From Felis catus (lineage: Eukaryota), in assembly GCF_018350175.1 (NCBI RefSeq), contig NC_058368.1:164612001-164676000 (forward strand): 64,000 nucleotides of DNA, given 5' to 3'. Position numbers and translations under genes: made by a program. Below, one piece after another: positions 1-12,554 of the stretch (position 1 is its first letter; every line of letters begins with the position of its first letter). The notes below the pieces were generated by a model. The model was not told the DNA's origin. It saw nothing but the letters and a program-made list of their open reading frames with translations, and searched no databases.

Positions 1-189
1 CATTATTTCTTGCTTTTACTTTATTGCTTACTGTTAAGAATGTCTTCAATAGTCTTATTTTTATAAAATCTTACCAGAGTTCAATTTATAAAGGCATTAA
101 AAGAGAAAACAACATGGGACTTCAACAACTATTTGTTTTTGTTTGTTTGTTTGTTTTTTTTTTGAATTGTCTTAGACTGCTACTGTAGG

Positions 190-379
190 CTTAGTGAGTT
201 GATTCCAGTCAAGGAATTTGGTTTGTGTTAATACCATTACCTAAAGAAGCATGACTTTTGATAAAACTAAGTCACTTTTCTGAGACTGTTCATTTTTAAT
301 TTTCAACTTCTTTATCTACAAAATAGATACTATATAGGAGTATCGCCAGGTTCCTGTGAGATTAAGTTAAATAATTTTA
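190..379 (+). mobile_element. MIR fragment
   Basis: Core-like text 'tttatctacaaaatag...ggttcctgtgagattaagttaaataat'; appears to continue after the L1 at ~1896 ('gtttgtaaaagtacc'). Confidence 0.55.
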
Positions 380-397
380 AAATAAATAATGTTTTTA

Positions 398-1859
398 CTA
401 GCACAAACATGGACACATAGATCAATGGAAAAGAATAAAGAGCCCAGAAAGAAACCTGCACTTATATGGCCAGTTAATCTATGACAAAGGAGGCAAGAAT
501 ATGCAATAGGGAAATGACAGTCTCTTCAACAACCGGTGCCTGGAAAAATGGACAGCAACATGCTAAAGAATGAAACTGGACCACTTTTTAACACCATATA
601 TAAACATAAACTCGAAAGGGATTAAAGATGTAAATATGATACCTTAAACCATAAAACTCTTAGAACACAGGCAGTAATTTCTTTGACATTGGCTGTAGCA
701 ACATTTTTCTACACATTTCTCTTGAGGCAAGGGAAACAAAAGCAAAAATAAATTATTGGGACTACATTAAAATCTTGTGCACAGCAAAGGAAACCGGGAA
801 CAAAATGAAAAGGCGACCCAAGCAAATGGGGGAAGCTACTTGCAAATGATATATCTGATATAAGTTTAATGTCCAAAATATATAAAGAATATATACTATT
901 CACCAAAAAAACAAACAATCCAAATAAAAAATGGGTAGAAGATATGAACAGGCATTTTTCCAAAGAAGACATACAGATAGCCAAAAGACACATGAAAAGA
1001 TGGTCAGCATCGTTAATTATTAGGGAAATGCAAATAAAAACCACAATGAGGTATCACCTTACACCTGTCAGAATGGCTAGAGTAAAACACAAGAAATAAC
1101 AAGTGTTGGTGAGGATGTAGAGAAAAAGGAATCCTTGTGCACTGTTGATGGAAATGTAAAGTGGTACAGCCAATGTGAAAAACAGTATGGAGGTTTTTCA
1201 AAAAATTAAAAATAGAAATACCACATGATCCAATAATTCCACTATTGGATTTTTACTCAAAGAAAATGAAAAACTAATTTGAAAAGATATTTGCACCTCT
1301 GTGTTTATTTCAGCATTATCTATAATGGTCATGATATGGATGCAACCTAAGTGTCCATCAGTATATGAATGGATAACTAAGATGTGGTATACACACACAC
1401 ACGCCCCACAATTGAATATTACACCACCATAAAAAGGATGAGATCTTGCCAGTTGCAACAACATAGATGAACCTAGAGGATATTATGCTAGATGAATTAA
1501 CTCAGAAGGAGAAAGACAGATACTGTGTGATTTTACTCATGCGTGGAATCTAAAAAACAAATGAATAAAAAAACAAACAAAAAGCAAAATCAGACTTATA
1601 AATACAGAGAGCAAACCTATGGTTGCCAGAGGGAAGGAAAGTGAAATGATGGGCGAACAGGTGAAAGGAATGGAATGAATAAGTCATGGGAATAAAGGGT
1701 ACAGCCTAGGGAATATATTCAATGGTATTAAAATAACAGTGTATGATGATGGATGGTAGCTACACTTGTGGTGATTATAGCATGACATGTAGAGATGTTG
1801 AATCACTATGTTGCACACCTGAAACTAATGTAAAATTGTCAACTATACGCAAATAAAAG

Positions 1860-1894
<35 letters not shown>

Positions 1895-1895
1895 A
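398..1895 (+). mobile_element. 5'-truncated LINE-1 (carnivore L1): ORF2 C-terminus, 3'UTR and (TAAA)n tail
   Basis: ORF 869-1099 ([50 protein letters not shown]) is the classic L1 ORF2 C-terminal sequence; typical 3'UTR; A-rich tail 1851-1895; candidate TSD 380-397/1885-1902 (16/18 match). Confidence 0.95.
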
Positions 1896-2439
1896 GTTTG
1901 TAAAAGTACCTTTTATACCCAAATTTTCAAAGTGTCAATTATTATCACTTGAATATAAAATTGGATGGATAAGTATTCAAATGGGTTGAGGTTTCTTTTT
2001 TGCATAATTAATCTTACATTTCTTTAACAATTGGTTAATTGAAATTGACTTAATTTTTAAGCATTTGTTGTTCTCTGTCATTGATGAAGTTTAATAGGTC
2101 ATTCAAGGACAGAATACACTGTGTCCCCTTAATATTACAGTCTCTTGAGTTATTTTCAGAACTAAAAACATGGTATAGTAAAAGTCTGTTAATTAGGTAC
2201 ATATGTCTAGTAACTGTGATCTTAGTCTGTTTAAAACTTTTCAAGCTTTCTAGGCTTTGAACCTAAAATTATTAACACTTAAGAAAAATATATATGATGT
2301 ATACAATTAATTGACTTTCTACATTATAGTTTATTTTTCCTGTTTCTATGAAGGGTATGGAGCTAAATTTGTGATAATACATATTGAATAAAGAATAGAT
2401 ATGATTCTAGAAGTTTCACTTCGAGATTCAAAATTTAAC

Positions 2440-3250
2440 ATTTATGTTGCTCCTCCATCTGCCAAAATCTCTTTGTGTGGAATCAGAATATACCCATTCT
2501 TGCAAGCACAAAATCTTAGGTCTGGCTTCTGTTTCACCCAACCCTTCCCTGAATCCTGTCAACTCTACTTTCTAAGTGAATTTGCTTTTCCATTCTGTCT
2601 GTGCTGCCGCTGTCTTATTTGAGTTTTCATCATTTATTTCACCTGGATAATTATAATGATTTCCTATTTGATATAATTACCTCTAACTTTTTTTTCCTCT
2701 TACGTATTTTTCACAGTGCCACCAAAATGCACATTGAATCATGTTGCATTCTTTCTTAAACATCCACATTTTCTTCCTATTCCCTGTGTTCATATAACAC
2801 TCCTATTCCTCTGTGAGATCTATAAGACTACCCAGAATCTTGCCACAGCTTATTTTTCAAGTTTCAGTATTAGAAATAGCAAATCGTCTTAACAATCAGA
2901 TTATTTGTTATATGTTGCTTTGGCTGGCCCATTTAGTTGGAATTTCCTTTTTTCCACTTCTAGCCTAATGTAACCCTATTTCTCCATTATAACACACATC
3001 AATGTCATTTTCCTACGGGAATATTTTTCTAGCCAAGTCCATGATTACAATTACTTCCTCCTTTCTTTATGGATCTTCCATCAACATTATTGGTATTTCT
3101 CTATTTGTTTTGTAATTGCCTACTTATTATTAGATCAAATTTGGGTAAGAATCAGATGTCATTTTTTTCCCCATAGCTGTACTTTTAGTCTGTGGCACAT
3201 ATTTGGCTCACTCTAAATATTTATTGTTGTTTGGAAAGAGGAATAATAAA
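2440..3250 (+). mobile_element. LINE-2 (L2) 3' fragment
   Basis: Pyrimidine-rich L2-like body ending in 'tggcacatatttggctcactctaaatatttattgttg', resembling the L2 3' terminus. Confidence 0.6.
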
Positions 3251-4304
3251 AAAGAGAGCTCAAATGATCTGTGAAGAAGGGGAAAGAGATAGGGCATGTG
3301 AAACGGTATCCTTCACAGGGTAGCATTTTTTTATTCTCCCACAGTACTCTTGCCATTTACAATAAGTCTCATCATTCATAGGTTGTTATTACTGAGGTCC
3401 TCACAGAAGAAATATTATTCCATTTCTGGCTGCTCTCTGCAGCACTTATACTTCGTTATTTCCCCACGGACTTCATGTCCTTCAGTTGTTTTTTTTTTTT
3501 TCACAGTCCTTTTTTCTTCAGTAGTATCTGTGATGAAGGACTGATGCCAAGTAATCAACTTCACTTCTTTTAGAAAAAAAAAATCTCAGTCTAAACTGAT
3601 GGTTTATTTTATAGACAAAAGCATCCCTCCATATTCTGTGCAGAACCTTAGAAGCATTTCAGCACAATTGGTAGGATATGCCAATTGATGAAATGCCAAA
3701 GCTCCATAATGGAAAAATAAGAAAAATATCAAAATTCTTTTCACCTAAGAAATTGCTATTAGTTCAAGTAGCACTTAACTAGTGAAATGAATATGCCCCG
3801 GAGTACAGATTTCATCTTTGGCAGCTGTAATATCTAAGACCCACTGGCTGTCCTTTGTTCCTGCTTATTCAGAGAGTCTCATTTTATAGGGAGGATGATT
3901 AAATTTGTATTTAATTCCTCTTCTTTTTTTATAATCATAAAATGAGGTGTTGGGTGATCATATAGGGTTCTCCCACTTGCAAATTCCTCATTATTTAATG
4001 TAATGTCAGTTTAGCTCATGGAAACACCTTTTGTGTTCTGTTACCCATTTTTATTCAACCAGAGTGCATTTTTATGACATACAACAGAGAGGAAGTGAAT
4101 ATGGGCATGGGGTTGAGGAGGCAAAGCAGAAGTTGGCAGATGGTTAATGATCCTTCTAGTTATATCCTCAGGAATAAGATGTTTTTTTTAAAAAAAGGTA
4201 CCTTAGTGTGTCATTATACAAGAAAAAAATAAATGAAGCAAGATAACCTGAGTTGCGAAAGGTATTGCAGCACTTATATAAAACTATGGAAAGGTTTCTG
4301 ATAA

Positions 4305-4437
4305 TTGATGGGGGGGGGGTGGGAGTGAGGGGAAAGTGGGTGATGGCCATTGAGGAGGGCACCTGTTGGGATGAGCACTAGGTGTTGTATGGAAACCAAT
4401 TTGACAATAAACATCATATTAAAAAAAAAAGAAAAAG
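4305..4437 (+). mobile_element. Felid L1 (L1_Fc-like) extreme 3' tip with poly(A)
   Basis: 'gggtgatggccattgaggagggcacctgttgggatgagcactaggtgttgtatggaaaccaatttgacaataaa' followed by an A-tail; same element is seen reversed at 48691-48881. Confidence 0.9.
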
Positions 4438-4634
4438 ATAAAATATATACACATTCCATCTACTTCCACTTGAATAAAGCATAAGGAGTTTGGAAAGGCA
4501 GAGAATAGACTGTAGTCACATTTAATTTGTAGCTAGATTACGTGACACTGGTTTAGTCACATCCTCTCAATGTGCCTACCAGTAAATAGGGGTGGTTCTT
4601 TTGCTGATTAGCCATCCAGTGGATGATTATTTGT

Positions 4635-4803
4635 GAGGTTGCCAAATTTAGCAAATAAAAATAAAAAAAAACACTGAGTTAAATTTGAATTCAGATGAAA
4701 CATTATTTTAAGTACAGTATATCCCATGCACTGTACTAAAATGTTCATTGTTTATCAGAATTTCTAATTTAACTGAACATTCTGTATTTTATCTAGCAAT
4801 TTC
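4635..4803. mobile_element. MER53-like hAT MITE
   Basis: Terminal inverted repeats (TIRs) gaggttgccaaat / atctagcaatttc and internal palindromic arms (gttaaatttgaatt / aatttctaatttaac). Confidence 0.8.
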
Positions 4804-5079
4804 TTATTAGGATATTAGAAGTCTCTTAAATAGGCATAGATTTTCTTCTGTTGTAGAAACATGTGTTAACACAAGATGAGCAAAGGATACAAGACATACC
4901 GAGCCTAGAGGGTATTTTCCTCCAAACACCAGAAGCCTTTAGAAAAAATATTGTTAATTATACCTTGGTCTTCTTGAGCCTCAGTATGTTAAGCAAGAAA
5001 GGCCACTGTTGGATACATGTATACCCTGAGACTCCCAAATAATCCACCTGAGTCTCTGTCCTCAAGGATCTCTTGAAGG

Positions 5080-5900
5080 GAAATCAGGAGACATATTCAA
5101 GGATATTTATTACATCATTGTTTACAAGGGTAAAAAATTGGAAACACCTGGTTTCTCCATCAGTAGGAAAATACATACAAACGTATGCTCTGTTCTTTGA
5201 TTTTGAACACAGGGTAATGTGATTAACGTGTGGGCCCTGGATCCAGTCAGCTTGGATTCAAATTCCAGCTCTACCATTTACTACCTGTGTAGCATTCTAT
5301 AAGTTGCTTAAGTTTTCTGTCTTCCATTTTGATGGTCTGTAAAATAACAAAATTATAAAAATGTAAATAAAATATATAACATAAAACATAATATCAAAGT
5401 AATAAAAGTCTCCCCCATAGGACTGTTGTGAGAGTACAGCAAATTAATATATGAGAAGTATTTACCACAGCAGTTGACACCGAGATCACCTAGAAAACTT
5501 GGAAATATTCAGTAAATATCAGCTTCTATCAAAATGAAGTATTATAGAAAAGTAAAATAAGTGAACAGAAAAATATGGACAATTAAGTAGCATTTATGTG
5601 AAAGAAAACAAGCAAAACAATGGTATAAATAATTTGATGCTTATGTGTATAGTGAATATGTGAAACCATATATTAAGTGATAAATATGAAATTATGATGG
5701 TAGATGTCCCTGAGAATTGAAGGAGGGACAGGTCTAGGGAATAGAATAGTTATTTATAAAGTTGTAATAATTTTATTTAGAAAACATGAAGGTAAATTCA
5801 CAAAACGTTAATGTTTTCTAATTTTTCGTGTATGGATATTTGTTATTATGTCATAAGTAGTTTGCTGTATGCATTCAAAGGAATTAAAAAGTAGACAGTG
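5080..5900 (+). mobile_element. Old L1M 3' fragments interrupted by a MIR
   Basis: 'caaggatatttattacatcattgttt...aaattggaaacacct...ccatcagtagga' resembles the L1M ORF2 end/3'UTR. Confidence 0.45.
5208..5520 (+). mobile_element. MIR
   Basis: 'ggattcaaattccagctctaccatttactacctgtgt...ataggactgttgtgag' MIR B-box and core. Confidence 0.8.
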
Positions 5901-6039
5901 TATAGATATAATGACTGGTAGTCTAATGTAAGTTATTTGTTAAAATCTTGATTTTTATATGGCATCTGCTGAATTAATGCGCAGATATGATACTGAAGAG
6001 TTTTATCAAATAATTTAACAGATATAACATTTATAGGAA

Positions 6040-6200
6040 GTCTAAAATATGCCAGGTGCATTTTAAACATACCCATCCTATGAAGTGGATTTTGTTCTTC
6101 CAACTTCAGTGATGAAGCTGAGGATAACTTGCTGGTTGCCTAGACAAGAGGTGAGAGAATTGGGAATCATATCTATGTCTGCTTTACTTCAAAGCTTATT
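6040..6200 (-). mobile_element. MIR fragment
   Basis: 'catcctatgaagtgg...gatgaagctgaggataacttgc' reverse MIR core. Confidence 0.55.
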
Positions 6201-7769
6201 CTCCTTTAATTTCATTTAGTGAAACCTAGTTCTATAAATATATATCTATCCCACTTATCATAGATTAGTAATCTACTTTTAGAAACTTTACTCTCATGTA
6301 TCTTGTACTTATTGAAATTGTACATGGTTTGTATATAATTTTTTTTTCAGTTTTACCCAAGCTATTACCAGATTTTTTACATGGCCTTCTAGGCATTTAG
6401 GGGTAAGAAACGTAATTTAAAACATAGAGGTTGTAAATATTTCAGTTTAGCATAGAATTTGGGGTCAGGATCTTCCTCGCATGTGGTATTTGAGTTTAAG
6501 AGCAATACCACATGAAGTTCTATTTTTAAATAGAAAAAAAAAACATTGAACTATATAGTTATATTTTTCCAAATGTTAAGTTAGTTTTAGTCTTTAGGGT
6601 TTGTTTCTGAAACAGGTGCTTCTGATACTACAGAAAAATGTCCTGGTTAACCAAGACTCTATTATGTGACAGAACCTGTATGTGTACTGCATATATCCAT
6701 AAAATACAAAGAATGAGGCTTATTGATGAACTCTAGATGCAGAACTTTGAAAACATTTTGAAATGTTTCATTTTGATTTTAATTTTAGCAAAGTTTTCAT
6801 TTGTTAAACATACAAAGCATATAACCATAAAATTTAATATTGGCAACAAAATTAATTTATCATGTTTCATAAACAGATTATAAATGCACAGTCTTAAGAT
6901 AGTATAGAAGATGATAATTAAATTCATCTAAATCTGTAGTATTTAGGAAGAAAGACTTACTCATTTAATCATTTGAGAATGAGGATGAGGAAAAGAAATG
7001 TCCAACCCCTTGGTTTGTTTTGAATGCTGGAGATAAGTGCAAATTTAATAATATAATATAAGTAATGGATAATGTTTTTTCACCTGCATGATTTTTGAGT
7101 GCTTTCCAAAAAGCTTATCATAGTGAGGTAAATTTTTGGAATAAGACAAGTTCCAAGAAGAATTAAAAAGATAAGTAAATACTCATGTAGTATGTTCTCC
7201 TTATATTTTAAAAAGCGTCATAATCCTATTCAAATAAAATTATTGAAGATACTCTTGAAATATTTCTTTTTCTAGGCTTAATTTTTAGTGAAAAAAAATG
7301 ATGGGACTTATTCCATAATATATTGCCTGAATATTTCCAAGGGATTTGGATTTGTAGACATGTATGATTTACTTTTTAAAATATTTATTAAAATGTATAT
7401 TTATATGTGATTAGTGTAAATGTATGGTTAAATTTTACTGACAGTGGATATGAGCCAAACAGCATGCATGTGTAAAAAGTAAAGGAATGATTATTCTCCA
7501 CTTTTGTAAAAACTTAAAAAAAACTTTTTCTTTTCCTTGAAGTGAAAATCTTGCATCACGCCAGGCACACAGTATGTGATAGTTGAAGATTAAGTAAATT
7601 AAAGTAAATCATTCATTGATATTTTAAAGAAAATTATTTAAAGTAATATTTAATTTCTACATTATTCTAGCTGAAAAAAGGGATTAAACTTAACTCTGAT
7701 AAATAAGTTTCATACATGACCATAAAATTTCACATAATCTTGTTCATCTTCACAAATTTTCTACAAAAT

Positions 7770-7885
7770 TCTAAGTGCAGTCTGTGAGGATAAATATTCT
7801 AATTCTTTATTATATACCAAGCATCTGGGACAGGACTTGACACATAGTAAACAATCAATGAATGTTTGTTTATAATTGAAGGAAA
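7770..7885 (+). mobile_element. L2 3' end
   Basis: 'tgacacatagtaaacaatcaatgaatgtttgttt' L2 terminus. Confidence 0.6.
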
Positions 7886-9175
7886 TATACAAATCAGAGC
7901 TTTTCTAGTCTTTTATTACATGTGCAAATACACACATACACAGTTTTAAGTTTAGACAGGGAGGATAGAGGAGAATAATTTTCAAATTCTCTGTATACTT
8001 ACTGGTAGATTCATTTTATAAAATTTTGAGCAATTTTAATAATTCTCTTCACATGAAACTTTTTAGATTTATTAACTGTTTTGCATAAAAACTTCCATGA
8101 ACGTAAGTAAAAGAAGGATTTTTTTTTTTAACTTGTCAGTCTATTTTGACTGTATGAAAACTCTACCATGTATGCCACAATTGGAAAGGTTCTTTAATTG
8201 ATGTTTGGTGATGAAGCTTTATCATTAGTTTAATGAAATTATAGTGTGGGCTACTAAGTAATCTATTTAATTACAATGCTAAATTAATTCCATTAATGAA
8301 ATATATCTGTACATAGTGTTCCTGTGCTTAGGCTGTGATTGTCCATTATCATTCTTTTTCCAGCTTTTGAATTATTGAGTTTGGCTAATTAAATTTCATA
8401 TTATGAGGTGTACATTAGTAAGTATGGAGGAAAACACATCTTCTTTTTTCATAGAGAAAATTTCTTGATTATTTGTTTAGTGCCTATGTAGCAAATATAG
8501 AAGCATCACAAAATTTTGTTTGCTTTTAGAAACATTCAACAAAATAAAAATATAATCTAGAAAATGAATTTCAATCAAATAACCTAATTCATATTGTGAT
8601 AATATCTAACTAACCTCTCATTTACTGTCTGTTCTTTTTTAATGGAATACAAATTTATTACCAAAAGATCAGAGTCCACATTAACAACTCTACTCATTAC
8701 TGTGATAATAACCCAGAAGTGTGATTTGCAAGGAAGCAGTGGAGTGTCAGGGAAAAAAAAAATCCTGGATAATGATGACTCATCATAGTGATCAGGAGTG
8801 TAATTTATTATCTTTATATTAATTTCAGGAAATCTAAGTGCAGATCTTTTAAAATTGAAACATAGTCTTCTTTTAATTTGTATCTTTTACAGTTCTCTGA
8901 AACATGCAGGCAGATCGCAAATTCAGGGAATGTTCATTGCATTCCAAAATAACCGTCTCAGAATTTTTATTCCTGATTTCCTCACAAGGGTGCAGGAGAA
9001 ATCAGAACAAAATTAGAATGAACTGATGTATAACTGGTTTTCTTATCAATTGGCTTTTGTACTCATGGGTGACACATCCACCATTCTCTAAAAATTATGG
9101 TTTAAGAATAAAATTCCTTCTTTTAAGCCTGTGTTTGAACTAATGTCCTGATGGATGTACCTCAAGTCATGCAAC

Positions 9176-9245
9176 AATAAAATTAAAATAAAATAAAATT
9201 AAATTAAATTAAAATAAAATAAAATAAAATAAAATAAAATATAAA
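9176..9245 (+). repeat. (AAAAT/AAATT)n simple repeat
   Basis: Directly visible tandem pentamers. Confidence 0.9.
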
Positions 9246-10918
9246 TGAGGAAATTCAAGTAAATATTGCCATTTAATATCAAAATGATGTAAAATACACA
9301 TCTTTAAACTTTTGCATTAAAAAGGAACTTTTAGAAAGGATCATTTTAGTTCAGTTGTACTGAGGGTGTTTTCTAGTTTGCCAGATAGCTTTTGGTTTTG
9401 AACGTCCATTTTATTTCTGTCTTATATCCATTTTTGTTAAATGAACAATATTTTCAACTGTACTAATATATCAAAGTTATTGATTCCTTCAAAGTGAGTT
9501 GCATAAATATTTCACTTGAAAGCACTTTAATACATACATAATATTTCTCAGTCTGCTCGCCGTGAATAACTAGTGATCTTTATGCTGCTGCTTGTTCCAT
9601 TATTGCTTTCACTTTGCAATTAGGTACAATTCCACAGAGGGCTACTGTGAGTATGTCTGGCCCAATCTTTGGCAAGTATACACACAATTAAAGTTAGGGC
9701 TACCTTCCTGTCACCCAAGGTACAGAGAGATGCATTAAAACTAACAAAGCGATAAAAGGGGCCTGAAATTGAAGCAGTTTAAGAAATGACAGTTTAATGA
9801 AAGCAGTGTAAAAATACTATCACGCTGATGGAAAACATCTGTCCTCTACGAATCTTGAATGATAGAAGGTTGTGTGGCTCTTAAGGAATGTGTTGCTAGC
9901 CTATGGTTATATCAACAGCAGGTCAGGCATGGCCTGTCTTCTTTAATATCATAGTTATGACTGTCCAAGTGTATACCATTCCAGTTGATACTTTGGCTTC
10001 AGCATTGCAGTAGATTGCTTTAAAGTTCTTTTCACTGCCTGTTGGACTTTTTCAATGGAATGTGGGAATAATGCTGCTGAACCATAAGGAGAAAGAAAAT
10101 AAATGCATTGAGAGCTGTTTGTAAAGCAACAATGTTTATAAATATTGTAATTCTAGTTATTGTAATCAAAATGTGACATATTCTATTTCCTTGTGGTTTT
10201 ACTATAGCATGGTTGCAATCACAATTTCTTCATTTCTTTTTTTTTTTTATTATAGCAGGCAAGTGTTTGCAACAACAGTATATTAAAGATTATTATTGTG
10301 TGGTGAAAGGGTTAATGTTAACATTCATGGTATCTAAGTTACTATGACAGACTTTCACAAGAGAGAGGGGAAAATTATTTATATTCCAAATTGGCAATAA
10401 AAAAGTGGATTAGTCTCATGTCCCAAATTTGGAAGAAAGTGGAGGCTAATACTTTCAGTTAAAGATCATTATTTGTTTTTTATCTCTTATTCATTAAGAG
10501 GTAATTTTTGAAATCAAATTTTGCAGGTGAAAAGCTATAATGTGGAATAAAAAATTTCCTTGGAGATAAGAAAAAAATTGAATTGCTTCCCATCTGCAGA
10601 AGTAGTTAATCTAGGTGCTATTCAGACATGCTAAATGTTTAGTTATATGTGAGTTTAAAATAAATGTGAAAATTCTAGTTCTTTAAGGAGTTCATCTCCA
10701 TTTATTCCATTGATGGGAATAATATATTCCTATTTTCTCCCCTAAGGTGAATTTATCAGACCTATCAAGGCATTTTTAATCATTTATTGAGTTTTATCTA
10801 TCAAATATCTAGAATTACATTTCAGAAGTGCCAGTAAGTTGGAGAGTAGGGTGAAGGAAGACAGGAATACACAAGTATAGTAGCTATGTACACAATATGA
10901 CTTTCTTATTTATGTGTC

Positions 10919-11144
10919 TTTTTTGTTTTGGTTTCGTTTGGTTGCTGTTGTTGTCGTTGTTGTTGTTTGAGAAAGAGAGAGAGAGCAGGAGGGGCAGAGA
11001 AGGAGGAAGCGAGAGAATCCCAAGCAGGCTCCACACTGTCAGCGTAGAGCCTGATGCAGGGTTCAAACTCAAAAACCATGAGATCACAACCCAAGCCAAA
11101 AACAAGAGTTGGATGCTCAACCAACTGAACCACCCAGGCATACC
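10919..11144 (-). mobile_element. CAN-SINE (felid SINEC) whose tail has decayed to (GTT)n
   Basis: Reverse head 'ctcaaccaactgaaccacccaggcatacc', body 'gaatcccaagcaggctccacactgtcagc', (GA)n tract. Confidence 0.93.
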
Positions 11145-12138
11145 TCTCAGTATTATTTTTAACAGAACATGAAAACTGATATCATAACTTGCATGTTTTT
11201 AGGTTATTAGCCTCTTTTCTGTGATCCACAGTAGTGTTATCTTTGGGAAAACTTCCCCATACAAATCCAAGCACACTTACCTGGTACCTAAACTTTGGGC
11301 TATTCATAGACTGCACCAAATTTTTTATGATACCTTCAGGAAACTTCAGATTGGTGAAAACTTTATTTCAGAGGGGAGTTCACTTGAACTTTCTAGGTTA
11401 TGTACAGTAGTGATTTACATGTCAAAATCATTTGATGAAATGGGAATTATTTGGAGACTTCTCAACATTTTTATATTATGTAATAAAAATATTTTTGTGC
11501 AAGTCACTACACTTAAGATAAGTGGACTTACCTAAGTGTAAAACTAGGTCAGATTTCATATCAATACATTTTAATTCACATCTGTAATCCTACCCAACAA
11601 TATATTTTCCAAAACAAATTTAGTTTAATATTGAGGTATAAATTACCCTTCATTTTTAGAAAAGAAAATTCTATGGAGGGTTTAAATTTTAAAATCTTTA
11701 ATTTTTTTTCTGACACATACTATTAAAAGTAATTTTTTATCCAGTACTCTTCCATTTCCAATGATATTTGAATTTTCATGATATATCAGGAAGAAAACCT
11801 TAACTTGTGCTAAATGTCTTTAACAATGCTCTTTAATATCTGAACTTTGGTCAGAGCAGCATATAGTGTTTGTCAATTAAAGTAAAATGGATTTTTTGAA
11901 AGCAAGTCAATCAAAAACAGAATATATTCAGTTTACAAATGAGCTATTCATTTTACAAAGCTGTATTTAAGTATAAATGGAGGTAAGGAAAATTTTAAGA
12001 AATGGTTAATAAATGATATTCTATGTCTGCCATTTCAGTGTGATAATATTAAATATAAAAATGATAAATATATTTTAAAATTCTATTATTTCATCTCTAC
12101 TTCAGTTATATTAACATTTCCAACAGAATTTTTCTTAT

Positions 12139-12247
12139 GGGGCACCAGTCTTGCTCAGTCAGTAGAGCACGTGACTCTTGATCTTGGGGTCAAGAGTTCA
12201 AGCCACACATTGAGTGTAGAGCTTACTGTGAAAAAAAATTTTTTAAA
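12139..12247 (+). mobile_element. Short tRNA-like CAN-SINE (SINEC_old type)
   Basis: 'ggggcacc...gctcagtcagtagagcacgtgactcttgatcttggggtcaagagttcaagcc' A/B boxes, no CT tract, A-tail. Confidence 0.85.
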
Positions 12248-12554
12248 TGATTATTTTTAAATATTTCATTTCTCTTGCATTTCTAAGTAAAATTGTTGGT
12301 TGTTTCTTCTGCTGGTAAAATAATGTGAGAGAGTTTGACACCTGTTTCTTACCATTTAGCATTACTTTAATTTACATAATTAAGGATTCATAATTTCAAG
12401 TAAGCTCAGTATGTCCTCTTTTATTCTAAGGAACCTGTATTCTAGATTTAGACTTTTCACTAATATGTTAGTCTCTGCTGTGATAATCTCTCTTTAAGCC
12501 TTCTTCCTATGAGCTAGAAAATAGAGAAGTGTTTTATACAAATCTCCTGTCTTG

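Noticed and set aside
4310..4340. G-run / G-quadruplex
   Set aside because: Ordinary G-rich tract of the L1 3'UTR
9176..9245. A-rich tract as the tail of a processed pseudogene
   Set aside because: No upstream recognisable transcript and no TSD found
12139..12225. tRNA-like A/B-box sequence as a tRNA gene
   Set aside because: Has an A-tail and SINE features; no intact cloverleaf evident
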